A DNA stretch of 57,364 bases, counting the filler, from Sphacelaria rigidula (Eukaryota): assembly GCA_964200075.2 (NCBI GenBank). It is 6 parts of 6 records of this genome, joined end to end, with 100 filler letters (N's around TTAATTAATTAA, not from the genome) between each part and the next. Parts side by side here need not be neighbours in the genome. Positions count along the whole stretch, not along the records: positions 38,313 to 47,789 come from CAXNAA020008403.1; positions 47,890 to 57,364 come from CAXNAA020008404.1; 4 more parts are not named here. One strand, given 5' to 3'. The notes beneath the pieces are model-generated. The model was not told the DNA's origin, made no database searches, and saw only the letters and a program-made list of their open reading frames with translations. The translations under genes and the position numbers were made by a program. How positions within the stretch are numbered: the first letter of the stretch is position 1; each line of letters begins with the position of its first letter. Shown here in pieces: positions 39,121-51,882 of the stretch.

Positions 39121-40840
39121 TACCCCTTTTGGAACCCTCCCCACCTGTCCCCTGGCCAAACGCCTTATTATGAAAAACCCTGACGAAGAGGAAACATGGA
39201 AACAGAATAGGCCGACGGCAACCATTTTTATAATGGAAGCCCGGAGGAGAATGTCCTCCGTCAAGAATTTGGGTAAGGTTTGTCCAATCATACCACGCAA
39301 CGGATGAAGTGTGTCCAATTATATCCATCGAAAATAATATGCAAAACCACTGTGAAACATTCCATTCAAAAAATAGCAATGGGCTCCAGGGTCCAACCTG
39401 GCACGTTTGTATATTAGCATTTGTACATGAGGGAAGCACCGCTTCGACGGGCTGCAGCATCGGGTGGCGAGTTTGCCAAGCCACACCGTACATACAGCAC
39501 AGTATGGCTGAACCCAGCAAAATCCCGTCACCACATGTGGAAGGCACAGTGATTTGTGCGGGCGATACATGGCGGGTGTAATCGCAGGCGTCCGAACAGG
39601 CGATATACATGTACACGGGAGGGAGCCGACGGACACCGCCTACCGCAATCAGGCGAGATGAAAATCACACAGTCAGTAAATACAGTAGGTTACAGCATTG
39701 ACTCGCGGCTACACTTCGTGCAAGGTAAATATGGGCATGTCGTGAAAAGTCGGCCACGAGAGTAGACGGCACCGATAGCGGTAGCCGCCGTCATGAATCT
39801 CATGCAGCATAAAGTATCTCTATGCAACGGTCGGGAACGATCAACCTGCGGTATAGATGTGGTGGGGCAGCTGTGCCTTTCGCTACGCCGTTGTGTAATA
39901 GTCAGCCCGAAGTGTGATGCTGTCGGCACGTACTTGGCAGAGCGCAGTTCTGTGCATGCCCCGCGTTTCACAGAGATATTTTCAAAATACAAAACAGACA
40001 TGACACGAAGCAGTAAGGTATTACCCCTGGGGCGACGGCACTTGGCAGACTCTACACCACAGTGACGGTGCATAACTGCGGGGCACATGGCGTCTGCGTC
40101 GCCTTTACGCATTTTTTCAAAGGGCGGGATGGTGCTGTCGGAACGTGCATGAGCGCGATGTTGTGCATGACGGGAGTCTGCAGTCGAAATTACCTCAAAC
40201 TGCTGTAAACACACCCAGTACTGTGCAGTGTCGCAGCACCCCCGCCGGCACGGAAAGGTGACTGCCTGGGATTGCATACCACCAGTTCATAGATTTAGCG
40301 AATGTGCCATCGGCGTCGCCCTTGTTGCTATAACACTGCGAAGAGTATAAACTGCAGCGGGCAGGGCGTGCAGGTCAGGCCCGAAGCATGCTTTACAGAG
40401 GCCTGCCGAGCACTGTGGCCGAGCAAGGACCTCATGAGTGTAGGGAAAAAGCCGACGGATCGCAGCAAGAAAATAGGAAACCTTCTCTTGTTCCACTTGT
40501 CACCTGTACGGGTCTGAAAAATACGCGTTGGGCCAAAATTGTAGCATCTGAGCTATGAGCCATCAACCATATCTTGCTCACAAATCGTCAATTGCACATG
40601 ATCAATTTTCCATTGTGGAGTTGCAAAGCGATCAGGGCGACCGACCGCTACTACTGGGTATTGCTCCTATTTTCGTCAATATTTTGAAGACAGAGAGACA
40701 CATACTACTGGCAAGACACGAGACTTTCACACAGCAAGGCCAAAGTTTTGATTTTGTTTCGTGAAGTCTGCGTTCCTTCTGCGGTGCTTGCCTTCCCTTT
40801 CATTCGTGAAAAGGGTTCTTCAGAGGTCCCTTTCCCTCTA

Positions 40841-41210
40841 TGTGTGTGTTGTCATTCCATCGTTTCTGGACGCCAGTCTGCTCCTTTCGGTAGATGTGGG
40901 CGCATCAGCCGGGGTCACACAGAAGGAAGGCCAACACAAGAGCCTTTGTTCTTTCCTCCTAGTACTACTCCACCTTTCTTCTGCGGTGCTTGCCTTATTT
41001 TTTATTGCTAGAGGGGTCCAGCAATCCCTTTCCCTCGTCGACCCTGGAGTCGAATTTTTGAACTCTTGTGTACCCCCGACAGAGTCGCTCTCCACTGTTG
41101 GGCATTGTGTGAGAAAAATCCCAGACCATGTGACTGCACCGAGATTGGAACCCACAACACAACCTTCAGAAGGTTCCGAGGTCACCAGCTGAGCTACGGA
41201 GGCAACCGGC
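40841..41210 (-). mobile_element. tRNA-derived SINE
   Basis: Minus-strand head with A box TAGCTCAGCTGG and B box GGTTCCAATC. Shared body. Partial copy at ~40775-40838. Confidence 0.85.
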
Positions 41211-41644
41211 TTGCATACGGTGTGAGGAAAGTCCACACCCTGGACAACGTATGGCAATTTCAAGAAGTGCACGGCGTACAGACCACATTGTCGACTTTTG
41301 CGTCTAATGTAAATACACAAGCAAAGGAAATCGCTCATGGTGGGACGGTGCGGTATCGCTGAACCTGTGGCACACGCTTGTGGGCTTCCAATGTGCAAGC
41401 ACTAAGCCACATGATTGTTCCTGATACAGAGAGGTTCCTCCGCAATCGTCTCGATTTGAGAGTGCTTACAGTATCGACTTTCCCAATACAGAGATGTTCA
41501 TCCGTAGTTAGTCGTCTTGATTTGAAAGCATGCACACGTCGGACAGATCAGTTTCTATGCAATCCAGCTCCTACAGGTGAAGTATGGACACACTTGTGTA
41601 CCTGATTCGAATGATACAGTGCAACTAGTCATGGAAAGGTCCTC

Positions 41645-41990
41645 GTGATCCGGGTACCATCGATCACGAGGGTGATATCTCGTACGGGTCATCAGGATAC
41701 ACACGCTGTTGTTGCCATTTCGAGTACACCTGACTCGGATTACATGGGTGTACGCCAAGAGGTGATGTACGGATGCACAGAGTATACAAATCACGCACGG
41801 CGGGTTTGCACGGATACACGGATCATAAAGATAACCGCCAGACATATCTGTACAAATCACACGGATCGTACAGATCATCCATCACGCCATGTGTGCAGAG
41901 CAACCGGGTCCTACAGGTTACCACATGGGAAATGTGTATAGATGACACGGGTCATCCGGATGCAGATCGATTTCGGATCTCGAAGGTCAT
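41645..41990. repeat. GATC-rich degenerate repeat
   Basis: Dense GATC, GGATCA and ACAGATC motifs, no credible ORF. Confidence 0.4.
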
Positions 41991-42375
41991 AGAGTTGATC
42001 GTCGCAGTCTTGCGGGGGACACCCGTGCTTCATCAACGCCGGCGATACACACGCGGACGACTCTCCTCCGGAAGTTTTCGTCCGACGCTGTCAGAACAAC
42101 ATCATGATGACTCACTTGAGCATATAACTGTATCTTGTTTCCTCCTCTTCCTGCCGCGCATGAGTGTTGACCATAAATGATGAAATACGAGAACAGTCGA
42201 ACGTAGTGCCACTGGCACAACTGGACATACATCTCATCTACGCAAACCACCAGCGCTTACTCTCACCACTACTGCTACTGTTACCGGAGTGAAAATTTCG
42301 ATTCCAAATTACGTGCCGCCACGACGCTTAGCAGTAAGAGCACACGAAATAAACGCTAGTGAAGGAAGCAAGCAC

Positions 42376-45300
42376 CTACGGTAGAATGTCGGAGAGATCC
42401 GACGTATCTACAGTCTCCTCCCCCGACTCCTCCCCATCTCCCGACCCAGTCGACAGCGACTCCACTTCCTGACGCGGATTGGAGAGGCGACGCGGAATTG
42501 CAGCCCTTGCCTGAGTATCAGACAGCACAGGAATTTCGTCGGGTATGACATCCCTACTCCCATTGAGAAAAAGCACCATCTGCACGTATGTACTGTCTAT
42601 GCGGCTGCGCGAGGCGGTAATGAGTCGCCCAGCCGTGCTAAAGTCTCTCTCCAATACGGCTGATGAAGCCGGCACGGAAAGCAAGACCCTCGCTGCCCGT
42701 GCCATGTTCGGGAATTTTTGTGAGCCCTCCGACGCCCAGTAATTGTGCATCAGGGACACCGGCCTCGTTCTGAGCGTCTCCTTGTTGCCGGCCTCGACAA
42801 ATGCGTCGAACTCTTCCTTGCACAGTTGCCTCATTGTTAGGGGTGCATCGGGCTTTGCGTCCATTTCCTCGAAGATGCCAGCATCCAGGAGGTGCTGGGC
42901 TTCCTTTTCGGCCGCTTTTTCAGACATGGCGGCCACCATATTGTAGCCGCCGGTCTTCTTGCGCTTATTCAGCGGAGCAACACCCGACGAGCCAGCATCA
43001 ATCTCCGTTCCCTCCTTCCAGCGCGGCTCCCTCCGCCATAGTCGTCATCAGATCCAGCACTTTGTCTTCCACCGCCTTCTTTACACTATCCGCCCGTTCC
43101 GAGCACAATCGTTGCAGGAAAGTCATGCGCACGATGTAGGGGTGCATGCACGCGGCCATCTCGAAGACGTAATCTGGCCGTCTTCACGAGACCATGGGGC
43201 CATACCTCGGCGTGAAAAATCGCTTGTCCAAGGCTTTTCCGAGCATCCGCCGCATCGTGACCGACACGGGCTGGAGCGCCACTGCGTCTCGACATATTAA
43301 CTGTGTCGAGGGGGGAGACGCCGCGTTGCTGTTCCCCGCCGTCGCCCTTCTCGGAGCGTGGATCTGCAGGGGTTTGCGGGCGTCTAACGTGTTCGCCCTG
43401 AGCGCGACGAGACTGAGATAGCTCGCGAGACCCGTCGGCACATCCGTCTGCTGACACTCTTCTATGAGGGTGGCAACGGGCTTCATGATTGAGTACAGCT
43501 CGTCGATGCTTGTCTTCAACGCGCCGAGTGGGAACGCCACCTGCTCATGTTCGACGTAGTGCAGCTCCAACGCCACCCAATTGCTCAACACGTCTTCCAT
43601 CACGCCACACGCGGAGATCCAGCGTTGGGGCACGGCATTAACGAGCTTCTTGGAATTTCCGTAAAGGAAGTCCTACATGTTCTGGAACTTTACCTTATTC
43701 GACGGGGGAATAATATTGGGGGGCAAAGTAGAGAGAACAACGTGGGTTTTGACGAACTACGACCACACTGACCCACGCAAAATAAGGGTTGTTCAAACCA
43801 TGCGCGTGAAGCAATGCTGACTGCCCAGAATTTGTGCCACGGTGGGAGCCGAAGGAGTAAAGCACTCATACATTTTCCTGGTACATAAAGCACGAATAAA
43901 TATGAAGCCTCGTTCATGAGATGCCAAAACAGAAAATGTCACACCAGACAACTCGTCATTTTTAGTCACGCTTTGCTCACACCTTCATGGTTGGAGACTT
44001 GTTCAGATGCTCCACTGCTTTCTTTATGGCGTCGATGACTTCCCGCGCCTCGGGATTTTTTTATGCTGCTCTCGCCGCCGTCGTTCCGAACGCCTGCTTA
44101 CGACGAGACGTAGCCGAATAGTGTTCCTACGATAGCCCTTCCCCGAAGCCAGCGAGTTTGTTGGTGCAAAAAAGAACAAAAACCAGGCCGTCGACACGTC
44201 TCAGCCGAAATCAAAGATACTCCAGGACTACGCCAAATTATGTCGTGTTGTCGCGTCACGAAGAACGTGGCGGAATCGGTCCACCCATGTCCTTTGTGCA
44301 ACTTCCTTCCCGACTGGAATCTAGAAAGTGTTTTCATAGTATGCACGAGAATATGTACCATGAATACTGCCAGTACGCCGCTTCCCAACAGACTACACGA
44401 TATCTCGGGAGAAACCGAGCATTTTGTGGCAACGTCATATTCAGTCCAATCCCTAACTCCGGTACACCTTCAGGTCGAAAGTAGCCAGCATCAGCCCGCA
44501 ACAACCAAACAATCAACCGTCGAAGGAGATGCATAGACACAAGTACATATCGGCAGTCTCACCTCCACAAGCGCAAAGTTGAGCATGTGTGGTATGCACC
44601 ATTCCCACGATGCCGTCATAACCTTGACGCATAGGCGTCTTACGTCCGACCCACCGTCCGTGACTGTGCTGAAAAGGGCGCTGTCTCCCAGATCATACTC
44701 AGACAGCACCTCCTGCACCCAGAGAAGGAGCACGTCTGACAGACGCGACTCGTCACTCAACTCGGGGGCGGGCCTGAACAGCTTGACGGCCAGAAGCGCT
44801 GTGTGCAGTTTGAATGCCTGCGACATCCAGAAACTCGCACACCTGTGACGATGAGGGCGCCGACAGGGGCAGGGGCAGCGAGTATGTGATGAGGGGTCTC
44901 TTTCTCTTTGCATGGTATCTGGCAGGCAAAAGTTCAGCATCTCAGTGACACCTCGACAGGCCATGGAGGTGTTAGTGTTAATGTAATCAAACCCAAAAGT
45001 TACAAGATGAAAAATCATAGCAATCCGGACGAACACGTCACACACAGATATAGCATCACGACATAAAAGGGTGACCAAGAAACCAAGCATCAAAGCAAGG
45101 GGTGCAACAAAAGGACAAGGTGTCATTTGGAAGAACCGATGCGCGTTTTCACTCATCATCAACGCACTTCCTTCAACCTACTCATAAACACGAGAACTCA
45201 CCGAGGTACTTTTCGTTCGAAGTCCGGCTCGTCCACAAGTCAAAGTTGGCGTGTACTATTGGCCCTCCGGCGCCGTTGGTTGCCATTGCGAGGGACTGCC

Positions 45301-47009
45301 GAAGTTTGGAGACAGTCGCCGCGTAGATTTCCGTCACGAGTGATTTCACTTGCTTCGGGTTCAGAGCCGTGGGGAACTCGGCGACGCAGGCCAACTCGAA
45401 GAACTGTCGCATCCCCTCGCAGACACACAGGCTGAAAGCCAGCAGGTTCTTGATCACGTAGACCTTCACGTACAGGATCGCTAGAAATCGTACCGGATCA
45501 GCGCCCAGAGATTTCCTTCCTTTCGAAACGGCGACGTTGTGCGCCGCCACTTTCTGCTCTGCATTTCGCGTCTTGTTCGATTTTATGCCTGTGCAAATGA
45601 TGAACGAGACGGGATGGGCAAATTGAGACGTCCATGATCGCAAGCAGTTCATGGATGATTGACCCTTTGTAGTCAGCTGCGGTTGTCGTTTTTTTGCAGT
45701 CCCACCATGGGTATCGTGCTCGCCACTGCGGGCTCATGCCAACATGTGGATAATATACCAACTGTCGATTTTCGCGAATGGGGTTTGATAAAAAAATGAC
45801 GTTCAACTCAAAACCCGTCCTTTCCCCGACCTTTAACCATGACAAATGACTTTCATATGAATGATCTCATCCTTCCCGACCTCCCCAAAATTATTTCGGT
45901 GGACTTCTGGCCCTCCGTTCCACCAAAAGATATGTGCGAAAAACGAATCCGGGCCGTGGTCGTAGTTTTTCCCCTCGCTACAATAAAATGGCTCCGGCCG
46001 CGCCCAATGCTTGAAAAATGCATCTTTGTAGATTTTATCCCGTCGTTTCAAGCCCTAAAAGGAATGGTGGAGGAGTTTTGAGCCGATGTCCGTACTGATT
46101 ATTCTTCAGACTTCCAATTCTTCATTCTTGGACAACATTTCTTCTCGGCCAAAATAGAAACCGCGGCCACCGGAAAACGAGGAAGATATACTGAAACCAC
46201 CTCAGCACCGGTATACAAGACAGGTTACCTCATTCATGTCGCATGTACCAGACTTCACTAATTCGGACCGAGAAACCACGGCACTGGCTGGTCGTTGACG
46301 CACAACAGCACTGAATTATTATTCATACCACAAAAGCTTACCGTGCACGGTGGCGAGATGGCGCGTCGTATTTCCAGTTGACTTCTTCTCGATTTGAATC
46401 CCGCCATTGGCCGTGGCCTTGAGTGACTGTTTCCTGCAGCTCTCCGATACCATGCAATACCACCATTGGTTTCGGGGGTTCGGATTGTCGCCCACCTCCT
46501 CGAAGCGCACGCCAGTTACAAACAGGATTGAGCGGTTCCTCGAGGCGGGAGGCACTTCGTATCTCTTCACGTTGTTTGGTGTAGGCATGTCCCTGATTAC
46601 CGCTTTCATGGCTTCCTGTACGCGCGGTGACCAGGACGAAAAAATGGGCGATGGAGATATGTAACCGTCAGATCACCATATCCACGAGCAACAGAGAGTA
46701 GGGACAGAGTGGAAGCAAGACACTCAGTGTGGCAAGCTGTTACAGGATGAAACCACCGCACCATCTCGCAGTAAGTCGTTTCATTGCACACAAAAGAAAA
46801 GTGCATACACATATAGTTCATACTTCGTTCCTGTCTGTAATGTCGAGGGGGTCATCTTCATCTCCGTGTCGGCCTGTTGGCTCCTTCGCTTCACCTGTAC
46901 CCGAGCTATAGTCATCCGGATTGGAGGTTGCCTCTCCTGTGGGACATGGGTCATCACTACCCCCCGCGTTAACCACAACATTGGGCTGCTCTGCTACTAT
47001 CGTTGACAT
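42376..47009 (-). pseudogene. Intron-containing hAT transposase pseudogene
   Basis: Exons 47009-46824, 46615-46342 (BED-like WWYC...C...STGNTTRHLATVH), 45588-45202 (NFDLWTS), 44842-44563 (VTDGGSDV, CIPHMLN), 44093-43983 and 43693-42376 (PQRW; C-terminal FPNMARAARVLLSVPASSAVLERDFS). All five introns are GT-AG. Contains stops and frameshifts. Confidence 0.92.
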
Positions 47010-47584
47010 TTTTGACCAGAAAAGTGTCTCGAGGATAGTCGATGATATTGATCAGGGGCCGCCGCGGTGCCACTACCTGGATGTGAACTCGGTGGGGCGA
47101 GCAGGTTCATGGTTTCTAGTTTTTCTTGTTTGAGAGATAACCTCGCGCCTTACGCAAAGGTGAATGTACACTGTGCTCAGCATGCAGGTATACGTTCCAC
47201 AGTACAGCGCAGAGCGTCAACCCTTGCCCTGGAACCACCGGAAATAAATCCAGGGCACATACAGTGTCATGGTGGTATCATGTATGATGTAAAAATTCAA
47301 AATTCATTCATGGAAAAAGTGGAGCATCGGGCCTGGGAATGCGGTGGGGAACCATATGGAGATCCCTGTTCAAAGTCAAGTCAAATCAGGGCGTGTAACC
47401 GATGTTGAATGCTGGTTTTGTACTCCGACTTGACAGGTGAGGAATGGTCGACATTATTCATTGTATACTCCACTTGGATGCTACGACAATGCACAGCTTC
47501 ATTCAGAGAAAAGTACGCACTCCTGCCGTGGGATCAATCGGAATAAAACATAAACGTACCACACGTCGGACGGATCCATGTGCC

Positions 47585-47789
47585 CGGGCTGCTCTATAGC
47601 CAACGTGTGGGCTTATAAACATGCACTGTACCCGGAACACACAGGTTAACAGGTGATTGATCCGGATCTTGAGGGTGCGGGAAAGTGTTTCTTAGGGCTA
47701 CGGTTAGGATTGGGGTAGTTAGGCCTCCAGGGCCGCTATAGCCAACGTGCGGACTTGTGAACATGCACTACTGTAAACGGGGCATACAG
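47585..47789. repeat. Direct repeat pair separated by a telomere-like tract
   Basis: CTATAGCCAACGTGYGGRCTTRTRAACATGCACT twice, with TTAGGGCTACGGTTAGGATTGGGGTAGTTAGG between. Confidence 0.65.
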
Positions 47790-47889
47790 NNNNNNNNNNN
47801 NNNNNNNNNNNNNNNNNNNNNNNNNNNNNNNNNTTAATTAATTAANNNNNNNNNNNNNNNNNNNNNNNNNNNNNNNNNNNNNNNNNNNN
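47790..47889. other. Artificial contig-joining spacer
   Basis: 100-nt N/TTAATTAATTAA/N. Confidence 0.98.
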
Positions 47890-48253
47890 GGCAACATCTG
47901 TGAAAGCGTTACAGTTTGATATATTTTATCTGCATCGACAAAATCGAAACGGTTCGGAAAAACTGAAGGATGGCGTCTTCCCTGTTCCCTAGACAGTCAT
48001 CGATAAACGAGGGAAGACTTTTGCAGGCGGATGCAATACACATCGGGGCCCGGAGAAGTTTCTTTCCATCAAAATCTGTCTCCTCCAACCTGCAAAGTGT
48101 TCCATGTGCGTTGTTTTCCAACACGAACGGTGACTTGTCGAATTTTGTTCCGTTATTCAAGCCCTGCTTGATGCTGNNNNNNNNNNCGGAAAGGTTTCGT
48201 GGTGCTGTACCATGGTTGCTTCGGATGTTGAAGAGGACCCGAAGCGGCCACCT

Positions 48254-49160
48254 TTCCCACAACGAGCGATGACTCGAGCGCTCGCCCCATTCATATGTTT
48301 TCACAACGAGCAATGACTCGAGCGCTCGCACTCTTCATGTTTTCCACAACGAGAAATGACTCGGGTGCTCGCCCTGTGAATTAGTTCCCGCATGTAGCAA
48401 TGACTCGAGCGCTCGCCCTGTTAATTGCTTTCCCCATCGAGCAATGACTCGAGTGCTCGCCCTGTTGATTTTTATCACAACGAGCAATGACTCGAGTGTT
48501 CGCCCCATTCATATGTTTCCACAACGAGCGATGACTCGAGTGCTCGCCCTATTGATTTGTTTCCACAGCGAGCAATGACTCGAGCGCTCGCCCTATTCAG
48601 TTTTTCCACAACGAGCAATGACTCGAGTGCTCGCCCTGTTGATTGTTTTCCCCATCGAGCAATGACCCGAGCGCTCGCCCTAGTCATTTGTTTCCACCAC
48701 CAGCAATGACTCGGGTGCTCGCCCCCTGTTATTGTTTTCCCCTATCAAGCAATGACTCGAGTGCTCGCCCCATTCATTTGTTTCCACAACGAGCAATGAC
48801 TCGAGTGCTCGCCCTATTCATTTGTTTCCACGACGAGCAATGACTCGAGTGCTCGCCCTATTAATTTGTTTCCACAATCAGCAATGACTCGAGTGCTCGC
48901 CCTGTTAATCATTTTCCCCATCGAGCCATGAGTCGAGTGCTCGCCCTAGTCATTTGTTACCACAACGAGCGTGACTCGACCGCTCGCCCTTTTCATTTGT
49001 TTCCACAACCAGCAATGACTCGAGTGCTCGTCCTTGATGGCTTTTCCCACAATGAGCGATGACTCGAGTGCTCGTGCTCGAGTCGTTCACTTTTCACGTG
49101 GTATGACTCGTTTGCTCCAGTCATCTGTTTCTTCATCACGAGCACTGACTCGCTTGCTTG
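48254..49160. repeat. ~44-bp tandem array (about 19 units)
   Basis: Consensus TTCCACAACGAGCAATGACTCGAGTGCTCGCCCTATTCATTTGT. Confidence 0.95.
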
Positions 49161-49332
49161 TGTCTTTTCTGGACAACCGAAGGACCAATCATCAATCACT
49201 GAAGGGATGGACGAGTGAGGCGCGAAACATGGTGGGAGCCTGGTGAACCAACGGTAGGATTTGGTAATATCGTGACCACTACAGATCGTTCTGACCCCTT
49301 TTCATGGCATGTTTGTGGCACTCTTTCCCACC

Positions 49333-49453
49333 ATCGTGTGTTTGCGGCAGGTGTCCATTTGTGTTATTTTCAAGTAAAATGATCAATAAGGCCCCTGCAA
49401 CATCATTTGTACGAAAAAATAGCACAAACGGACACCTTCCGCAAACACACGAT
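49333..49453. repeat. Inverted repeat with ~51-bp arms
   Basis: ATCGTGTGTTTGCGGCAGGTGTCCATTTGTG... / ...CACAAACGGACACCTTCCGCAAACACACGAT. Confidence 0.85.
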
Positions 49454-49892
49454 CGTAGGGAAGTAGGTCTCAAGCGGAATACGTACCCCTTTTCAAATCG
49501 ATCATTGCTCTGCAAAAGAAATAGGGGCGCAGAGACCTACCTGGACGAGACAACCGTGGCTCCGTCCACCACCAAACCATTCAGTAAAATAACCACCAGT
49601 GGACATCTGTTACGGTGCCCACCATATCTTAGCCTCTTCTACCCGGCTGGGGTGTCCGCCCCCGACGGAATTACATCTCTCCCGTCTTCGGCTCCCGCGA
49701 CGATGGATACAGCCAAGCCGTCAAGTTCCGCCAGTCGCGCAGGCAAGTACTTGAACACCTGTGTTTGCCGTTGACGCTTGTACATGTGCAGATACGCATA
49801 TGAATTTGAAGATTCTTGGTTCAAGCTCGTCAAAGCACTCATCATAAATATTTTCTCGTCGGATTGCTGACTCCTCCACTGAAGTCGTCCAT

Positions 49893-50065
49893 CACAAGCA
49901 ATGCTTCGAGTGCTCGCCCTACAATTTTGTTTCCACAACGAGCAATGACTCGAGTGCTCGCCCAGTTATTTTGTTTCCCCAACGAGCAATGACTCGAGTG
50001 CTCGCCCTATTGATTTTTTCTACAACGAGCAATAACTCGAGTGCTCGCACTATTCATTTTTACGG
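49893..50065. repeat. Second block of the 44-bp array (about 4 units)
   Basis: Same unit and orientation as 48254-49160. Confidence 0.9.
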
Positions 50066-51665
50066 CCAACCAGCAGCCCAAAGAGTGCGAGTGCTACGAG
50101 TCACAGTCGTGCTCGTCCGACGTATGGAGCCTTATATCTTATCGAAGACACGACTCATGACATATGTGAGAGTATGTGAGAACCACTATTATTCGAATGT
50201 GCTACTGTAGGGATGTTCCGACTGAATTTGCAAACGGGGATGACCTGACCTATATTCTTGCACGTCTGGAATCCTTAGGAACCCCTGGACCAGACAAGAT
50301 TTTGCGCAAAACGTGCACCCCTACCACAGCATTGCTCGCTTATGGAATACAAAATATATTCCAAGGGTTGGATGATTAATTCGATTATTTTGAGAGTGTA
50401 TGGGGCCGTATGACGAAAGAAATTTGCATCAAATATCAGTAATTCAAACCTAAGTAGACCGATCAACCGCTGTTGTGGCTACGAAGTATATAGATAAATA
50501 TATAAATAAAGTAGACCGACAACCCTAACTCTACCATTCCGCGTCTTGGTGTGAATACATTCGATTTGAATTTAGATTTTGTCATCTACCTCGAGGAGAA
50601 GTGGTACAAACACCACTACTGCAAGGTTTCATTTTGCGTTGTTTATTTTGCGTAAAATTTCGGGGAGTTATTTTTTATGCGGTGGAATGAAATCACGAGT
50701 ATGATTTTTGGTTGAACAAAGGTGCAGGGTTATCATGCAAGCATCACTATATATAATGCATGTTGACTGTTGTTGTAGACACTTGCCTGATGTAGACCGT
50801 GTCGCAAACGACATGTAAAATCGAGTTTCACGTAGGCAACAGCGTCTGGTTACAATGTGAACGCCACGTTTTTGACAGATTCGAGTATTGGAAAATTGAG
50901 TGTTTTTCTCGAATGTCATCATGCGAATCGAGGAGTATGAGGCTTTACTGTCCGTTAATCTGTGTTTGTGTTGTTCCAAGGAAAATTTGGGAAGTGGTGA
51001 ATGGTTTGAGATTGATTTTCACACATCGAGTTTTTGCTTGTTGTGGTGTACTGACTTACGCAAATAAATAGTTAATGAAATGAAGCATGGATAGGCTACG
51101 AAGAACTGCATATTCAAGATTTGAGTTTTCGATTGTTGAAGAAGGCGAGCTTGCGACGTGTTTGCGTGGCGAAAAGTGTTTTCCTGACGGGATCAGATTT
51201 TTTTTTTCGGTTCTTGGTAATATAATCGAGTATCGACGGCCAATTGCAGATATTATTGCTGAAGCCGGTTCACTCGGTGGATAATCGGAGTATCCATTGA
51301 ATGACACAGGAGGCCGTCGTTGTACACGGACGTGTCATGTATAAGGAAACGCGTCACTCGCGTGCATTGCCGGAAGGGGGGATGTGCTCCACCTGTTCTG
51401 TCTGTTTCATGGTGTGTGACAGTATATTTAGTAGTGTCTTTTTTCTGTGTGATATTTCTGTAATATAGCTCACTATTCTTCTCGAATGACCTTTACCGGA
51501 CTACCACTTGTCCCGACGACGCACCCGGAGCATGAGATATCCGATTACACCCTCAACCGGGTCGTACCCGCATTCTTTTTCTTGAGGCGTTCGGAAGCCT
51601 GAATTCTGAAACCAGTCATCGTCACGGTGCGCTGCGTGACCACGGGGGAGGCGCTGGGGGAAGGT

Positions 51666-51882
51666 TGTAATGCGTGAGAGGACCGCGTGCTTAGAGGACC
51701 GCGCCGTAGTTCAAAACACCGCAGGATCGATGTTTTTCAAAACCAATCGGGCCAGTCCCTGCAGGTACCACACCACTGACCGTAACCCCGACACTAACAC
51801 TAACCCTAACCCTAACCCTAACCATAGGGATGTTCAAGTTCCGATGCGGTCCTCTAAGCACGCGGTCCTCTCACGCATTGCA
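51666..51882 (+). mobile_element. Telomere-repeat-bearing MITE, copy 1
   Basis: TIR TGTAATGCGTGAGAGGACCGCGTGCTTAGAGGACCGC, internal (CCCTAA)n, TSD AGGT. Confidence 0.9.

Noticed and set aside
36600-40760. Assorted ORFs of 60-220 aa
   Set aside because: No motifs recognised. Several derive from SINE sequence, and the interval spans an artificial spacer.
47220-47400. hAT terminal inverted repeat (CCCTG candidates)
   Set aside because: No matching inverted partner was found beyond the 3' end of the transposase.
48254-50065. CRISPR array
   Set aside because: The linkers are only about 15 bp and similar to each other. No cas genes are visible and the context is eukaryotic.
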